From a bacterium (GTDB lineage: Bacteria; Patescibacteriota; CPR2; UBA1875; CAIMLA01): a stretch of 64,000 nt of DNA. The notes beneath the pieces are model-generated. The model saw nothing but the letters and a program-made list of their open reading frames with translations. It searched no databases and had not been told where the DNA came from. Numbering within the stretch: the first letter of the stretch is position 1; the number at the start of each line of letters is the position of its first letter. This document shows positions 8,851 through 17,835 of this stretch, in pieces. The translations under genes were made by a program, and so were the position numbers. The stretch covers positions 13,975-77,974 of the forward strand of contig JBAXUE010000005.1 in the NCBI GenBank assembly GCA_037129835.1, read 5' to 3'.

Positions 8851-10734
8851 ATGAAGCAAGAATTAAAAAAAGAACTTGATCTAATATATAATTATTTTTG
8901 GCTGGAAAATGGTCTAGTTACTTTGTTTATATTTACAATGGCTATAAAGGCAATATTACTGAACTTTATAATAACCGATAATCTACCTGTTATATTTATC
9001 GACGGAGCGGTAGGTAATATACTTATCTGTTTCTTTATCTTGTATTTACCATTATTTTTCGTGAAAAAACCAAAAAATATATTAGCGATATTATTAACAA
9101 CCGCATTAACGGTTATCTTGATTGCCGATTTGATATATTACCGATATTTCAATATATTTTTATCTATTTCTCAGTTAGCAGTCTCTAAGCAAGCTTTTAG
9201 TGTTGTGCCGGCGATAATAGATAAATTTAAAATAATAGATTTATTATTTTTCTCGGATGTGATTATTGGGACAATCTTATTATTTACGAACAAAAAGGAA
9301 AAATATATAGTAACAAGAAGTAATAGTAAACAAATGGTTATTTTGCTATTTGCAATATTGCTGACATCAAGTATTTATCTTTTAGTTCTTAATAATAATG
9401 TATATGGCTCAGATTTAAAGACTAATTATTTTTCCAGTCATTTTATGTCATTGAGGTTCGGTTATTTTGGAACTCATTTAATTGAAACATGGATGTTTCT
9501 ACAAGAAAAAGAAGTAAAAATAACTTCTAATGAGAAGAAAGAAGTAAAAGATTTTATTTCTAATAATTCAATAAAACAAAAAGACAATCAATTTACCGGT
9601 ATCGCGAAAAACAAAAATATTATTATGATTCAAGTAGAGTCACTTACGAGTGCTGTTATAGGTAAGACCGTTGAGGGACAAGAAATCACCCCCAATATCA
9701 ATAATCTTATTGATGGGTCATATTACTACTCGAATCATTATACTCAAATTGCTGCGGGGGGGACATCTGATACAGATTTGGCAGTAAATACTTCGTTATA
9801 CCCTTTACAAAAAGAGCCTGCATTCGTTTTTTATGGAAATGTAAATTATAGCTCTTTGGCTAATGATTTAGTTAATGACAATTACCATACTTATTCCTAT
9901 CATGGATATGATGCAGATTTTTGGAATAGGAAGGTTGCTTTCTTATCTCTAGGTTACGAAAATTCATTTTTCGGTAATACCTACGATAAGTTAAATATAA
10001 GTATGAACATGGGCATTAACGACAAAAATTTTTTTGATCAAACATTAATAAAAATGAAAGACCAGTTAGAACCATATTTCAGTTATATTATTACACTTTC
10101 AAGCCATACACCATATTCCATTACAAAAGAAGATAGTTATCTAAAAATAGATGAAAAAAAATATTCAAATGACGGGTATGGATATATGCAGAACATTCGT
10201 TATACTGATCAGGCAATAGGTGATTTTTTAACTAAACTTAAAAATAATGATCAATATGAAGATAGTCTGATATTATTGTATGGCGACCATGGACCGGCTA
10301 TAGATAGTCTCATTTTTGATAAGGGACGTTTAGATAAAAATAATCCAAACCTTTTTGGTGTTCCGCTTGTTGTCAAACTTCCAAATCAAAAAGTAGCAGA
10401 AGTTAATGATATCGCATCATCTCATTTAGATATTATGCCAACAGTTTTGAATTTAGTTGGTATCAAATCGAATTCCAACATGTTTGGAAGGGATTTATTC
10501 GGTTCAGAAGAACCGTGGTTTGAAGTAATGGATCATTATTTCAAAAAATCTTATATAAAAGGTGATCTAAAATTAACTATAAGTAATTCTGAAGAAAAAC
10601 AATGTTTTGTGCGTATTAACAAAACTTATCAAGGGATTAATTTAAGTAGGTGTGATTCTGTTGTTGGTAACTTATTAAATATAAGAGAAAATACTGAAAA
10701 ATTGATAAAGAATAATCTTTTTAGTCTTAAATAA
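8851..10734 (+). CDS. LTA synthase (LtaS)-family sulfatase, N-terminal TM helices
   Basis: NIIMIQVESL, GGTSD (catalytic Thr), FWNR, TLSSHTPY, YGDHG, SHLDIMPT. Confidence 0.9.
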   Translation: MKQELKKELDLIYNYFWLENGLVTLFIFTMAIKAILLNFIITDNLPVIFIDGAVGNILICFFILYLPLFFVKKPKNILAILLTTALTVILIADLIYYRYFNIFLSISQLAVSKQAFSVVPAIIDKFKIIDLLFFSDVIIGTILLFTNKKEKYIVTRSNSKQMVILLFAILLTSSIYLLVLNNNVYGSDLKTNYFSSHFMSLRFGYFGTHLIETWMFLQEKEVKITSNEKKEVKDFISNNSIKQKDNQFTGIAKNKNIIMIQVESLTSAVIGKTVEGQEITPNINNLIDGSYYYSNHYTQIAAGGTSDTDLAVNTSLYPLQKEPAFVFYGNVNYSSLANDLVNDNYHTYSYHGYDADFWNRKVAFLSLGYENSFFGNTYDKLNISMNMGINDKNFFDQTLIKMKDQLEPYFSYIITLSSHTPYSITKEDSYLKIDEKKYSNDGYGYMQNIRYTDQAIGDFLTKLKNNDQYEDSLILLYGDHGPAIDSLIFDKGRLDKNNPNLFGVPLVVKLPNQKVAEVNDIASSHLDIMPTVLNLVGIKSNSNMFGRDLFGSEEPWFEVMDHYFKKSYIKGDLKLTISNSEEKQCFVRINKTYQGINLSRCDSVVGNLLNIRENTEKLIKNNLFSLK

Positions 10735-10737
10735 CTA

Positions 10738-10766
10738 TTGATTTATTCTCAAATATATAGTAAAAT
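10738..10766 (+). promoter_or_regulatory. Sigma70-like promoter for the ncRNA locus
   Basis: TTGATT-17nt-TAAAAT, followed by leader hairpin GTGCGC-GATA-GCGCAC. Confidence 0.6.
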
Positions 10767-10800
10767 CCCATCTTGTGCGCGATAGCGCACGTATATATTT

Positions 10801-10946
10801 GGTGGGGTAGTTTTAACTACTAGAACGACTTAATTAATCTCGGTAACAGGGGTGGGCGCGCGCATGAAATGGGGGTGCGTGCTCATTTCTCCCTTGCGGA
10901 GATAATAGTTAAGTAAGTGGGGGTGAAAGGCCCTTCCCTGCCACCA
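10801..10946 (+). ncRNA. tRNA-like RNA ending in ACCA with greatly extended anticodon arm
   Basis: Acceptor GGTGGGG/CCCTGCC-A-CCA, D arm GTTT/GAAC, T arm GGGGG-TGAAAGG-CCCTT, long hairpin 10828-10914. Confidence 0.7.
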
Positions 10947-10959
10947 ATTTCCCTATCTG

Positions 10960-11262
10960 CCACTTTATGTGGTTTGTACCTGTCGCTTTTGCGACGAAAC
11001 TAGGCTTTCCTCGTCGAGAATCTCTCGACGAAAGAAAGAAGCCGTCTTCGGTTGAATGGTCGCAGGGCGATCAGAACCTAACTGACGGCGTCAGTAAGTC
11101 TCTTTCGGCTTTCGCCGGCCGCTTGAGAATCTGCTCTCTGTGTCGGCGGGTACCAGAACCCCTGGCACGTCAGTGCGCAAACGATGCAAGTATTTGCTCG
11201 CAAACCGCACACTGGCCCCAAAGGTCTTCGCTTGAGTAATCAGCGAAGGCCCGAGGGGCCTT
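10960..11262 (+). ncRNA. Unidentified GC-rich multi-stem structured RNA
   Basis: Many hairpins and long-range helix 10976-10985/11144-11153; G-U pairs favour the plus strand. Confidence 0.6.
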
Positions 11263-11285
11263 TCGCATTAAAATATTAGATTTTT

Positions 11286-11311
11286 GTCATCCTTGCGAAG
11301 GCGAGGATCTC
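11286..11311. repeat. Family B GTCAT-tagged palindrome
   Basis: GTCATCCTTGCGAAGGCGAGGATCTC. Confidence 0.8.
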
Positions 11312-11353
11312 TGAGGTAATAAGAATTAATTTGATTTTGATTATTTTCTATTA

Positions 11354-11491
11354 TCTATTTTCTCTTGAAAAAAAATGGAGTTAAGTTCAAGAAAAATCGA
11401 ACTCCTTCGTCTCTGCACTGAATTTTCAAACAAATTGAATAATTCCTTACATTCGACGATAGTTGGGTGTGTGGCACCGAAGCGATTTTTC
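11354..11491 (-). ncRNA. Structured element with putative 3' pseudoknot, copy 1
   Basis: Shares architecture and covarying stems with 45476-45662. Confidence 0.55.
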
Positions 11492-11509
11492 ATAAAAAGT
11501 AAAAGAATA

Positions 11510-12223
11510 TTACCTAGGTTTTTTAATAGCCGTCGTGGTAAGATTCGGTCCTAATAAAAACCAAAATTTATGTTTAAATCCAGATGTTTGGATTTGAGTA
11601 AATCCTGTTTTCCTTAAGAGCTGTTTCATCTCTGTTTTGGTCCAAGCATGAAAGTACCTGGTAGTCGTAACGATCGTGTCTGATCTTTTCCAAGGCATAA
11701 AAAAATCTCCAAGTGGGAGCTTGTTATCTGATAAGAAAGAGGCCCGGATTTGTTTGAGATATTTCGATTTATTCCAAAAATACCAATTTGTAAAAAATAT
11801 TTGTCCTCCTGGTCTAAGTATTCTTGATATCTCTTTGAGAGCTTCTATTCGTAACTCCTTACTCGGAATGTGGTGAAGAGTAGCGATACAATAGATGACA
11901 TCAAATTGGCCGTCTTCAAAAGGAGTTTTGAGCAGATTGCCAGCCACAAAATCGCCTTTTGGATATTTATTTTTGGCGATTTTGATTAAGTCGGGGCTTA
12001 GATCAAGTCCTGTATATCGAGCACCCTTCGACGTAAGGAATTCGTAAAGACGTCCATTTCCACATCCAAGGTCTAGAACATTCATATTTTTGAGCGCAAA
12101 TGATTCCGTGGCTTTTTCTATATCCGCCCATACATAATAACGAGTCCTAGAAAAGTGTTCCGATATTAGGTTATAATCATCACGGGTCTTAGTTATTAAA
12201 TTGTGAGCATATTTTTTATTCAT
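11510..12223 (-). CDS. Class I SAM methyltransferase, Trm9/ALKBH8-like
   Basis: YNLISEHFSRTR..VW, VLDLGCGNGR, CIATLHHIP...R...L.E..R.L.PGG...NW, RYFH. Confidence 0.8.
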   Translation of the reverse strand: MNKKYAHNLITKTRDDYNLISEHFSRTRYYVWADIEKATESFALKNMNVLDLGCGNGRLYEFLTSKGARYTGLDLSPDLIKIAKNKYPKGDFVAGNLLKTPFEDGQFDVIYCIATLHHIPSKELRIEALKEISRILRPGGQIFFTNWYFWNKSKYLKQIRASFLSDNKLPLGDFFMPWKRSDTIVTTTRYFHAWTKTEMKQLLRKTGFTQIQTSGFKHKFWFLLGPNLTTTAIKKPR

Positions 12224-13901
12224 GAATATTAAAGAAGAAATTATTTATAAATTATTGGAAGCAAAAGCTTGTACACGAGGCGATTTTACTCGTGTGGTCG
12301 CTTCGGTGTATAAAAATGATAACACAAGCGGGTACCATTCGAATATGGAATTACGTTCTACGTACCAAATGCTTGTTGATTCTGGCGATATCGAAATAAA
12401 CGAAAACCTAGAAAAACTACTGATCACCAAAAAGATGCGTTCGCTCTCTGGAGTCTCCGTTATCACAGTTCTAACGAAACCGTATCCTTGCCCGGGTAAC
12501 TGTATATATTGCCCTACTGTAAAGAATGTTCCAAAGAGCTATTTGCCAGATGAGCCGGCAGTAATGAGGGCAATTCTCAATGATTATGACCCCAAGAAAC
12601 AAGTAGAAACTAGGATGGAATCCCTGGTCGGGCAAGGCCATCCTGTTGAGAAGGTGGAGTTAATCATAATAGGCGGTACTTTTTCACATTTACCCAAATC
12701 TTATCAGGAAGAGTTTGCGAAAAGTTGCTTTGATGCGCTAAACGGAAGCGTGTCAAAAAATTTGGTGGAGGCCAAAAAGTTAAATGAATTATCTATATCT
12801 CGATGTGTTGGCTTAACATTGGAAACCAGGCCTGACCATATTACAAAAGAAGAGGTGAAATGGTTTCGATATCTGGGCGCTACCAGAGTTGAGTTAGGTG
12901 TCCAAACTATCTATAACAATATTCTGCAGTTAAATAATCGTGGTGAAAAAATAGAAGACACTGTTCGAGCGACGAAACTGTTAAAAGACGCTGGATTTAA
13001 AATTTGTTATCACCTGATGCCAAATCTTTATGGCTCAGATTTGAAGAAAGATAAGCAAATGTTTGTTGAAATTTTCAACAATTCAGATTTTTGTCCAGAC
13101 TACATCAAAATATATCCCTGTATGGTAATTAATGGCACTGAACTATATAAACTTTGGCAAGAAGGAAAATATACATCATATACAGATGAAGAGTTATCAG
13201 AATTAATTTGCGATATCAAAAGAGAAGTACCTTATTGGATTAGGATTATGAGAACTATCCGTGATATTCCTGCGGGTAATATAGAATCAGGCTCTAAGGT
13301 GTCCAATATGCGCCAAAACATCCTTAAACAGGCAGAGGATGAGGGCTGGAAATGTCATTGTATTCGCTGTCGTGAAATTGGCGCAGGTCCGGCTTATTCT
13401 TCTTCGTCATCCTCATTCGAGCCTGAGCGAAGAGGTTCTCAGGCCTCAGAGCCGAATGGCCTGGTCACAAACCCAGGGATCTCTGACGGTCCATCCGAAG
13501 GAGATCTTCACCTTCGTAAGGATGACAAACCGATTATGTTTACAGACAAATACGATGCCAGTGAGGGAACAGAATACTTCTTAAGTTTCGAAGATGAAAA
13601 AAGAGAAAACCTTTATTCCTTACTCAGATTGAGATTAACGAACAACCAAACTATTGATGCTATTAGAAACTGCGCGATTATTCGAGAAGTACATACATAT
13701 GGTAAGGAAGTTGAGATTGGCAAAAAGGGGGACAATCAACACAAAGGATATGGCAGAAGGTTGATTGAAGAGGCTGAGAAGATTGCTAAATCTAATGAAT
13801 ACAAACAGATAGCGGTAATATCGGGGATCGGTGCCCGCGACTATTATCGCAAATTTGGTTATGAAGTTGTAGGCGAATACATGGTTAAAGAGTTGACATA
13901 G
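12222..13901 (+). CDS. elp3: tRNA uridine(34) acetyltransferase Elp3 (radical SAM + GNAT) with repeat-derived insert
   Basis: CPGNCIYCP, ETRPD, RVELGVQ, KIYP, R..RDIP, CIRCRE, IREVHTYG, QHKGYG, ISGIGARDYYRKFGY. Confidence 0.95.
   Translation: MNIKEEIIYKLLEAKACTRGDFTRVVASVYKNDNTSGYHSNMELRSTYQMLVDSGDIEINENLEKLLITKKMRSLSGVSVITVLTKPYPCPGNCIYCPTVKNVPKSYLPDEPAVMRAILNDYDPKKQVETRMESLVGQGHPVEKVELIIIGGTFSHLPKSYQEEFAKSCFDALNGSVSKNLVEAKKLNELSISRCVGLTLETRPDHITKEEVKWFRYLGATRVELGVQTIYNNILQLNNRGEKIEDTVRATKLLKDAGFKICYHLMPNLYGSDLKKDKQMFVEIFNNSDFCPDYIKIYPCMVINGTELYKLWQEGKYTSYTDEELSELICDIKREVPYWIRIMRTIRDIPAGNIESGSKVSNMRQNILKQAEDEGWKCHCIRCREIGAGPAYSSSSSSFEPERRGSQASEPNGLVTNPGISDGPSEGDLHLRKDDKPIMFTDKYDASEGTEYFLSFEDEKRENLYSLLRLRLTNNQTIDAIRNCAIIREVHTYGKEVEIGKKGDNQHKGYGRRLIEEAEKIAKSNEYKQIAVISGIGARDYYRKFGYEVVGEYMVKELT
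13406..13526 (+). repeat. Family B doublet inserted in frame in elp3, with a nested 48-nt palindrome
   Basis: GTCATCC...GGATGAC termini; 73-nt core shared with 27439-27541. Confidence 0.88.
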
Positions 13902-13986
13902 CCTAAAAATATGTTAAAATAATCATCGAGTGATTCTAATCGGAATCAACTGGTAACAAACCGCCTATTATAGGGAGGTAAACCCA

Positions 13987-14331
13987 ATGGGTTTCCTAGA
14001 TAGTATTCTCGAAGTCGTCAAGAAGGCAGCAGTTGCAGCCATAACTCCGATCGTTGAGATTAACGTTTTGAAGGAGGACAGCGCATATGTAGCTATCTAT
14101 ACGACGGTATTGCCGACGTCAGCTTTCGGGCACGAGTGCTACGTTATCCGTCAAGGAAACGCTGCAATCACTATTGCTGGCATGTCCCGCAATGCACAAG
14201 TTCGTCTCGAGGCAAAGGTTCGCGAGACGTTTCGCAACACCCCGGAACCCGGCCTTATGGCTTTTCTGGAGGAGATTGTTTCCACAATGAAAGAGCTCGC
14301 CAATGGCGGACGTCTCTCTGGAGCTATCTAA
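13987..14331 (+). CDS. Hypothetical protein (GC-richer cassette)
   Basis: TTGACA-16-TAAAAT promoter, SD GGGAGGT, hairpin terminator at ~14336-14390. Confidence 0.75.
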   Translation: MGFLDSILEVVKKAAVAAITPIVEINVLKEDSAYVAIYTTVLPTSAFGHECYVIRQGNAAITIAGMSRNAQVRLEAKVRETFRNTPEPGLMAFLEEIVSTMKELANGGRLSGAI

Positions 14332-14461
14332 TACGGGCCCACACCCAGCACTGCTTTGGCAGTCTGCTCCGTGTGGGCTTTCTGCTTTTTCAGACTCGAC
14401 GTAATTGTGAAATTATGATATAATTTTGCAGTTACATTGAGTTATTCTTCGAGTTTAGGAG

Positions 14462-14489
14462 AAGTTCTCACTAAACGTTCGAACAATAA
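14462..14489 (-). repeat. Family A repeat upstream of typA
   Basis: AAGTTCTCACTAAACGTTCGAACAATAA. Confidence 0.7.
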
Positions 14490-14510
14490 CTTTTTATTTT
14501 GGAGAAAACT

Positions 14511-16328
14511 ATGAATATTAGAAACATCGCGATAATTGCTCACGTTGACCATGGCAAGACCACTCTTGTTGATGGCTTTTTGAAACAGACTAAACTTTTT
14601 CGTGAAAACGAAGCCTTGATGAGCCAATCTCTCATTATGGACTCTAGTGATCAAGAGCACGAAAGAGGTATTACAATAACTGCAAAGAATACCGCGGTTG
14701 TTTATAATGAAATTAAGATAAATATTGTCGATACTCCAGGCCACGCTGATTTTGGTGGCGAAGTTGAACGTACTCTAAATATGGCAGATGGCGCGATACT
14801 CGTTGTTGACGCCCAAGAAGGCCCAATGCCTCAGACTAAGTTTGTTTTACGTAAAGCCCTCGAACTGGGTCTCAAAATGATAGTTGTTATCAATAAAATC
14901 GACAAAAAAGATGCCAGAGTCGGCTACGTTATAGATAAAATACATGATCTCTTTCTTGATCTTGCGACCGATATGGATCAGCTTGAGTTTCCTGTATACT
15001 ACGCCATTGCCAAAGAAGGTAAATCTTGGGCAGAGATGCCAAATGATTTCTCAGAGCCAGCCGACTTGTCACCGATTTTTGATGCAATTATAAAATACAT
15101 CCCGGCACCAGATGCTGACAAAAATAAACCATTCCAGATGTTGGTAACCACTCTTGAGAGAGACAGCTACCAAGGCAAGTATGCTATTGGTAGAATTACT
15201 CGTGGATTCGCAAAACCAGGTCAGTCAGTAACTCTTATTTCTCGCGATGGTACAGTGGAAAACACACGAATTGATAAAGTATATATCAGCCAAGGTCTAA
15301 AAAAGGTTGAAGTGGTAACAGCAGAACCTGGCGACATTGTTTCACTTACAGGTATTAAAAATGCCTGTATCGGTGATACTTTGGCCGACTCTACCTTACC
15401 AGAAGCTTTGCCGACAATATCTATAGAAGAGCCGACTCTCAAAATGTCGGTTTCTGCGAATACTTCTCCTTTTGCAGGACGCGAAGGAAAATTTGTTACT
15501 GGACGTCAGATTTTGGACCGTATCAACAAAGAACTGGAAATAAACGTTTCATTAAAAATGGAAATTGGCGAAGAAGGCGATTACATCCTCTCGGGCCGCG
15601 GCGAACTACATTTGTCGGTATTCATCGAAACTCTACGTCGTGAAGGTTTTGAGCTTCAGGTTGGTAAACCCCAAGTAATTGTAAAAGAAATAGATGGCGT
15701 TAGGTGTGAGCCAGTTGAAGAATTAACAGTAGACGTAGCCACTGAATATGTTGGAGCCGCTACAGGTGAAGTTGGTCGCCGAAAAGGCGTTTTACTCGCC
15801 CAGCTTGATAATTCTGACGGAACAAGCCGTCTCGATTTTGAGATTACTACTCGTGGTACTTTGGGTCTCAGAAACCAGCTTCTTACTATGTCCAAGGGTA
15901 CTGCTGTGACAAATTCACTGTTTTTGCGCTTTGATCCTCTTGGTGGTTCTATGCCTAGATTACGAAACGGCGTTCTTATCGCTTCCGAATCGGGCAAAGC
16001 GGTTACTTATGGCCTTAATAATGCTCAGGCAAGAGGGACGGTATTTATCGGACCACAGATACAAGTTTATACAGGCATGATTGTCGGATTAAACACGCGC
16101 GATGAGGATATAGAGATAAATGTTACTCGTGAGAAAAAATTAACGAATACTCGGGCATCTGGCTCAGATGATACTCTTGCCCTGACTCCTCCAACTATTT
16201 TTAGCCTAGAGCAGTCACTAGACTTTCTTGAAGACGATGAGCTTCTAGAAGTGACGCCAGTAAGTCTGAGACTTAGAAAAAAATATTTAGATGGAAACGT
16301 GCGCAACCGATTGCGCAAAAGTAGCTAA
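14511..16328 (+). CDS. typA: Translational GTPase TypA/BipA
   Basis: [48 protein letters not shown]; ATG 14511 after GGAG. Confidence 0.97.
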   Translation: MNIRNIAIIAHVDHGKTTLVDGFLKQTKLFRENEALMSQSLIMDSSDQEHERGITITAKNTAVVYNEIKINIVDTPGHADFGGEVERTLNMADGAILVVDAQEGPMPQTKFVLRKALELGLKMIVVINKIDKKDARVGYVIDKIHDLFLDLATDMDQLEFPVYYAIAKEGKSWAEMPNDFSEPADLSPIFDAIIKYIPAPDADKNKPFQMLVTTLERDSYQGKYAIGRITRGFAKPGQSVTLISRDGTVENTRIDKVYISQGLKKVEVVTAEPGDIVSLTGIKNACIGDTLADSTLPEALPTISIEEPTLKMSVSANTSPFAGREGKFVTGRQILDRINKELEINVSLKMEIGEEGDYILSGRGELHLSVFIETLRREGFELQVGKPQVIVKEIDGVRCEPVEELTVDVATEYVGAATGEVGRRKGVLLAQLDNSDGTSRLDFEITTRGTLGLRNQLLTMSKGTAVTNSLFLRFDPLGGSMPRLRNGVLIASESGKAVTYGLNNAQARGTVFIGPQIQVYTGMIVGLNTRDEDIEINVTREKKLTNTRASGSDDTLALTPPTIFSLEQSLDFLEDDELLEVTPVSLRLRKKYLDGNVRNRLRKSS

Positions 16329-16440
16329 TACTAACTTAACACGTTAAGCCCATTACAAACTTTATTTCCTTGACAAGGGTATTAAGTGTTATTAAGCTTA
16401 GACTAATAACCCTCGTACTTAGTGATTTTAAAGGAGGAAA

Positions 16441-17688
16441 ATGGCTACTGAAGAAGATAAAGGAATTAAACCGCTAGAGGCTGTAGAAACAACTGATAAT
16501 ATGGAGTTCGCCCCAGCCAAAAAAGAAAAACTCAAAATACCCAAGAACTTATTTATACTGCTTCTAGTATGTGTCATCACAATACCAGGAGCATATTTAC
16601 TTTATAGATCATTTGCTTCAGTAACTCGGACGTTGGTTTGGAGCGACGAATTTGACGGTACTGCATTAAATTTAACTAATTGGAGAATGACAGCTCCTTG
16701 GGGAAATGTCGTCAATCCAAATGCAAAAGAACTAGAACACTATTATCCTAAAAATGTAACAGTTAGCGACAGTAACTTAAAATTTAATACAACTAACCTC
16801 GGAACAGATATTACTTATCCTTATGAATCAGGGGTAGTCACAACTAATTCCAAGTTCGGATATGGATACATCGAAATGAGAGCAAAGCTCCCAAAAGGAC
16901 AAGGAATCTGGCCGGCTCTATGGATGATTAATTTCGAAGACACTCACGAAATAGATATTTTCGAGATGCTTGGGAACGAACCAAATAAAGTATATATGAC
17001 ATATCATAATACCAATCAAGAAGTTTACCAATCTGAATATATTGGACCAGATTTTTCTGCTGACTATCATATTTTTGCGGTAGACTGGCAACCAACTTCA
17101 ATCACTTGGTATATAGATGGAGTCCAGAGAGGTCAATATACTGGGGCCATCAAGCCTGACCCTTTGTTTATTTGTGCAAATACTGCAGTTGGAGGTCTTT
17201 GGCCTGGTTCTCCAGATAGTACGACAGTATTCCCACAAAATTATTACATTGATTATATTAGATATTATCAACAGACTGATGCTGTCATCCCTACCCCCAC
17301 TTCTACACCTTCACCAACCGTTGCTCCCACGGCTACTCCGACCCCTACTCCTACACCAACCCCTACTATTACTCCTATTCCTACGCCCACTAAAGTTCTA
17401 ACACCCACCCCTACAATTACCCCAATGGCCGTTTCCATCTCAAGTCCCTTGAGCGGAGGAAAAGTAAGTACTACATCTCAGATTATTAAAGCAACCGTAA
17501 CAGGGCCTTATGCTGTCAAATCAGTAGTGTTCTATATAGACGGAGTAGTTAAGTCAACTGTAACTAAGTCCCCATATTCTTATACTTGGAAAACAACATC
17601 CGTTACTAGGGGAACCCATATTATCAAGGTCCAAGCTACTGATTCATTAGGCCGAACAGCCTACAAGCAGATAATAGTAACCAGATAA
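16441..17688 (+). CDS. Secreted GH16 glycoside hydrolase + Pro/Thr linker + Ig-like domain
   Basis: WSDEFDG, GIWPALW, catalytic EIDIFE, PT repeats, VVFYIDG...SPYSYTW. Confidence 0.9.
   Translation: MATEEDKGIKPLEAVETTDNMEFAPAKKEKLKIPKNLFILLLVCVITIPGAYLLYRSFASVTRTLVWSDEFDGTALNLTNWRMTAPWGNVVNPNAKELEHYYPKNVTVSDSNLKFNTTNLGTDITYPYESGVVTTNSKFGYGYIEMRAKLPKGQGIWPALWMINFEDTHEIDIFEMLGNEPNKVYMTYHNTNQEVYQSEYIGPDFSADYHIFAVDWQPTSITWYIDGVQRGQYTGAIKPDPLFICANTAVGGLWPGSPDSTTVFPQNYYIDYIRYYQQTDAVIPTPTSTPSPTVAPTATPTPTPTPTPTITPIPTPTKVLTPTPTITPMAVSISSPLSGGKVSTTSQIIKATVTGPYAVKSVVFYIDGVVKSTVTKSPYSYTWKTTSVTRGTHIIKVQATDSLGRTAYKQIIVTR
17309..17681 (+). repeat. 373-bp exact direct repeat, copy 1
   Basis: Identical to 19979-20351 (offset 2670). 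Confidence 0.92.
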
Positions 17689-17835
17689 TTTATCTTTGTG
17701 AGGAAGATGATACATCTTGGTCTTGATAAACGCGGCTATTTTTCCCTTTAATTAAACAAAAAATCATTGACAACGATAGTGCATGTTATTAAGCTTAATC
17801 TAGTAACATGTATTATTGTATTTTGAAGGAGGACA

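Noticed and set aside
10801-10946. Canonical tRNA or one-piece tmRNA
   Set aside because: No 7-nt anticodon loop, no D-loop GG, no T-loop TTC, no G3-U70 pair and no internal tag frame.
10967-11239. 90-aa ORF as a protein gene
   Set aside because: No SD, protein-unlike composition, and it coincides with dense base pairing better explained by a structured RNA.
10960-11262. RNase P RNA (minus-strand GAGGAAAGCC; plus-strand CAGAACCC)
   Set aside because: The two P4-like motifs lie on opposite strands and cannot form the conserved core.
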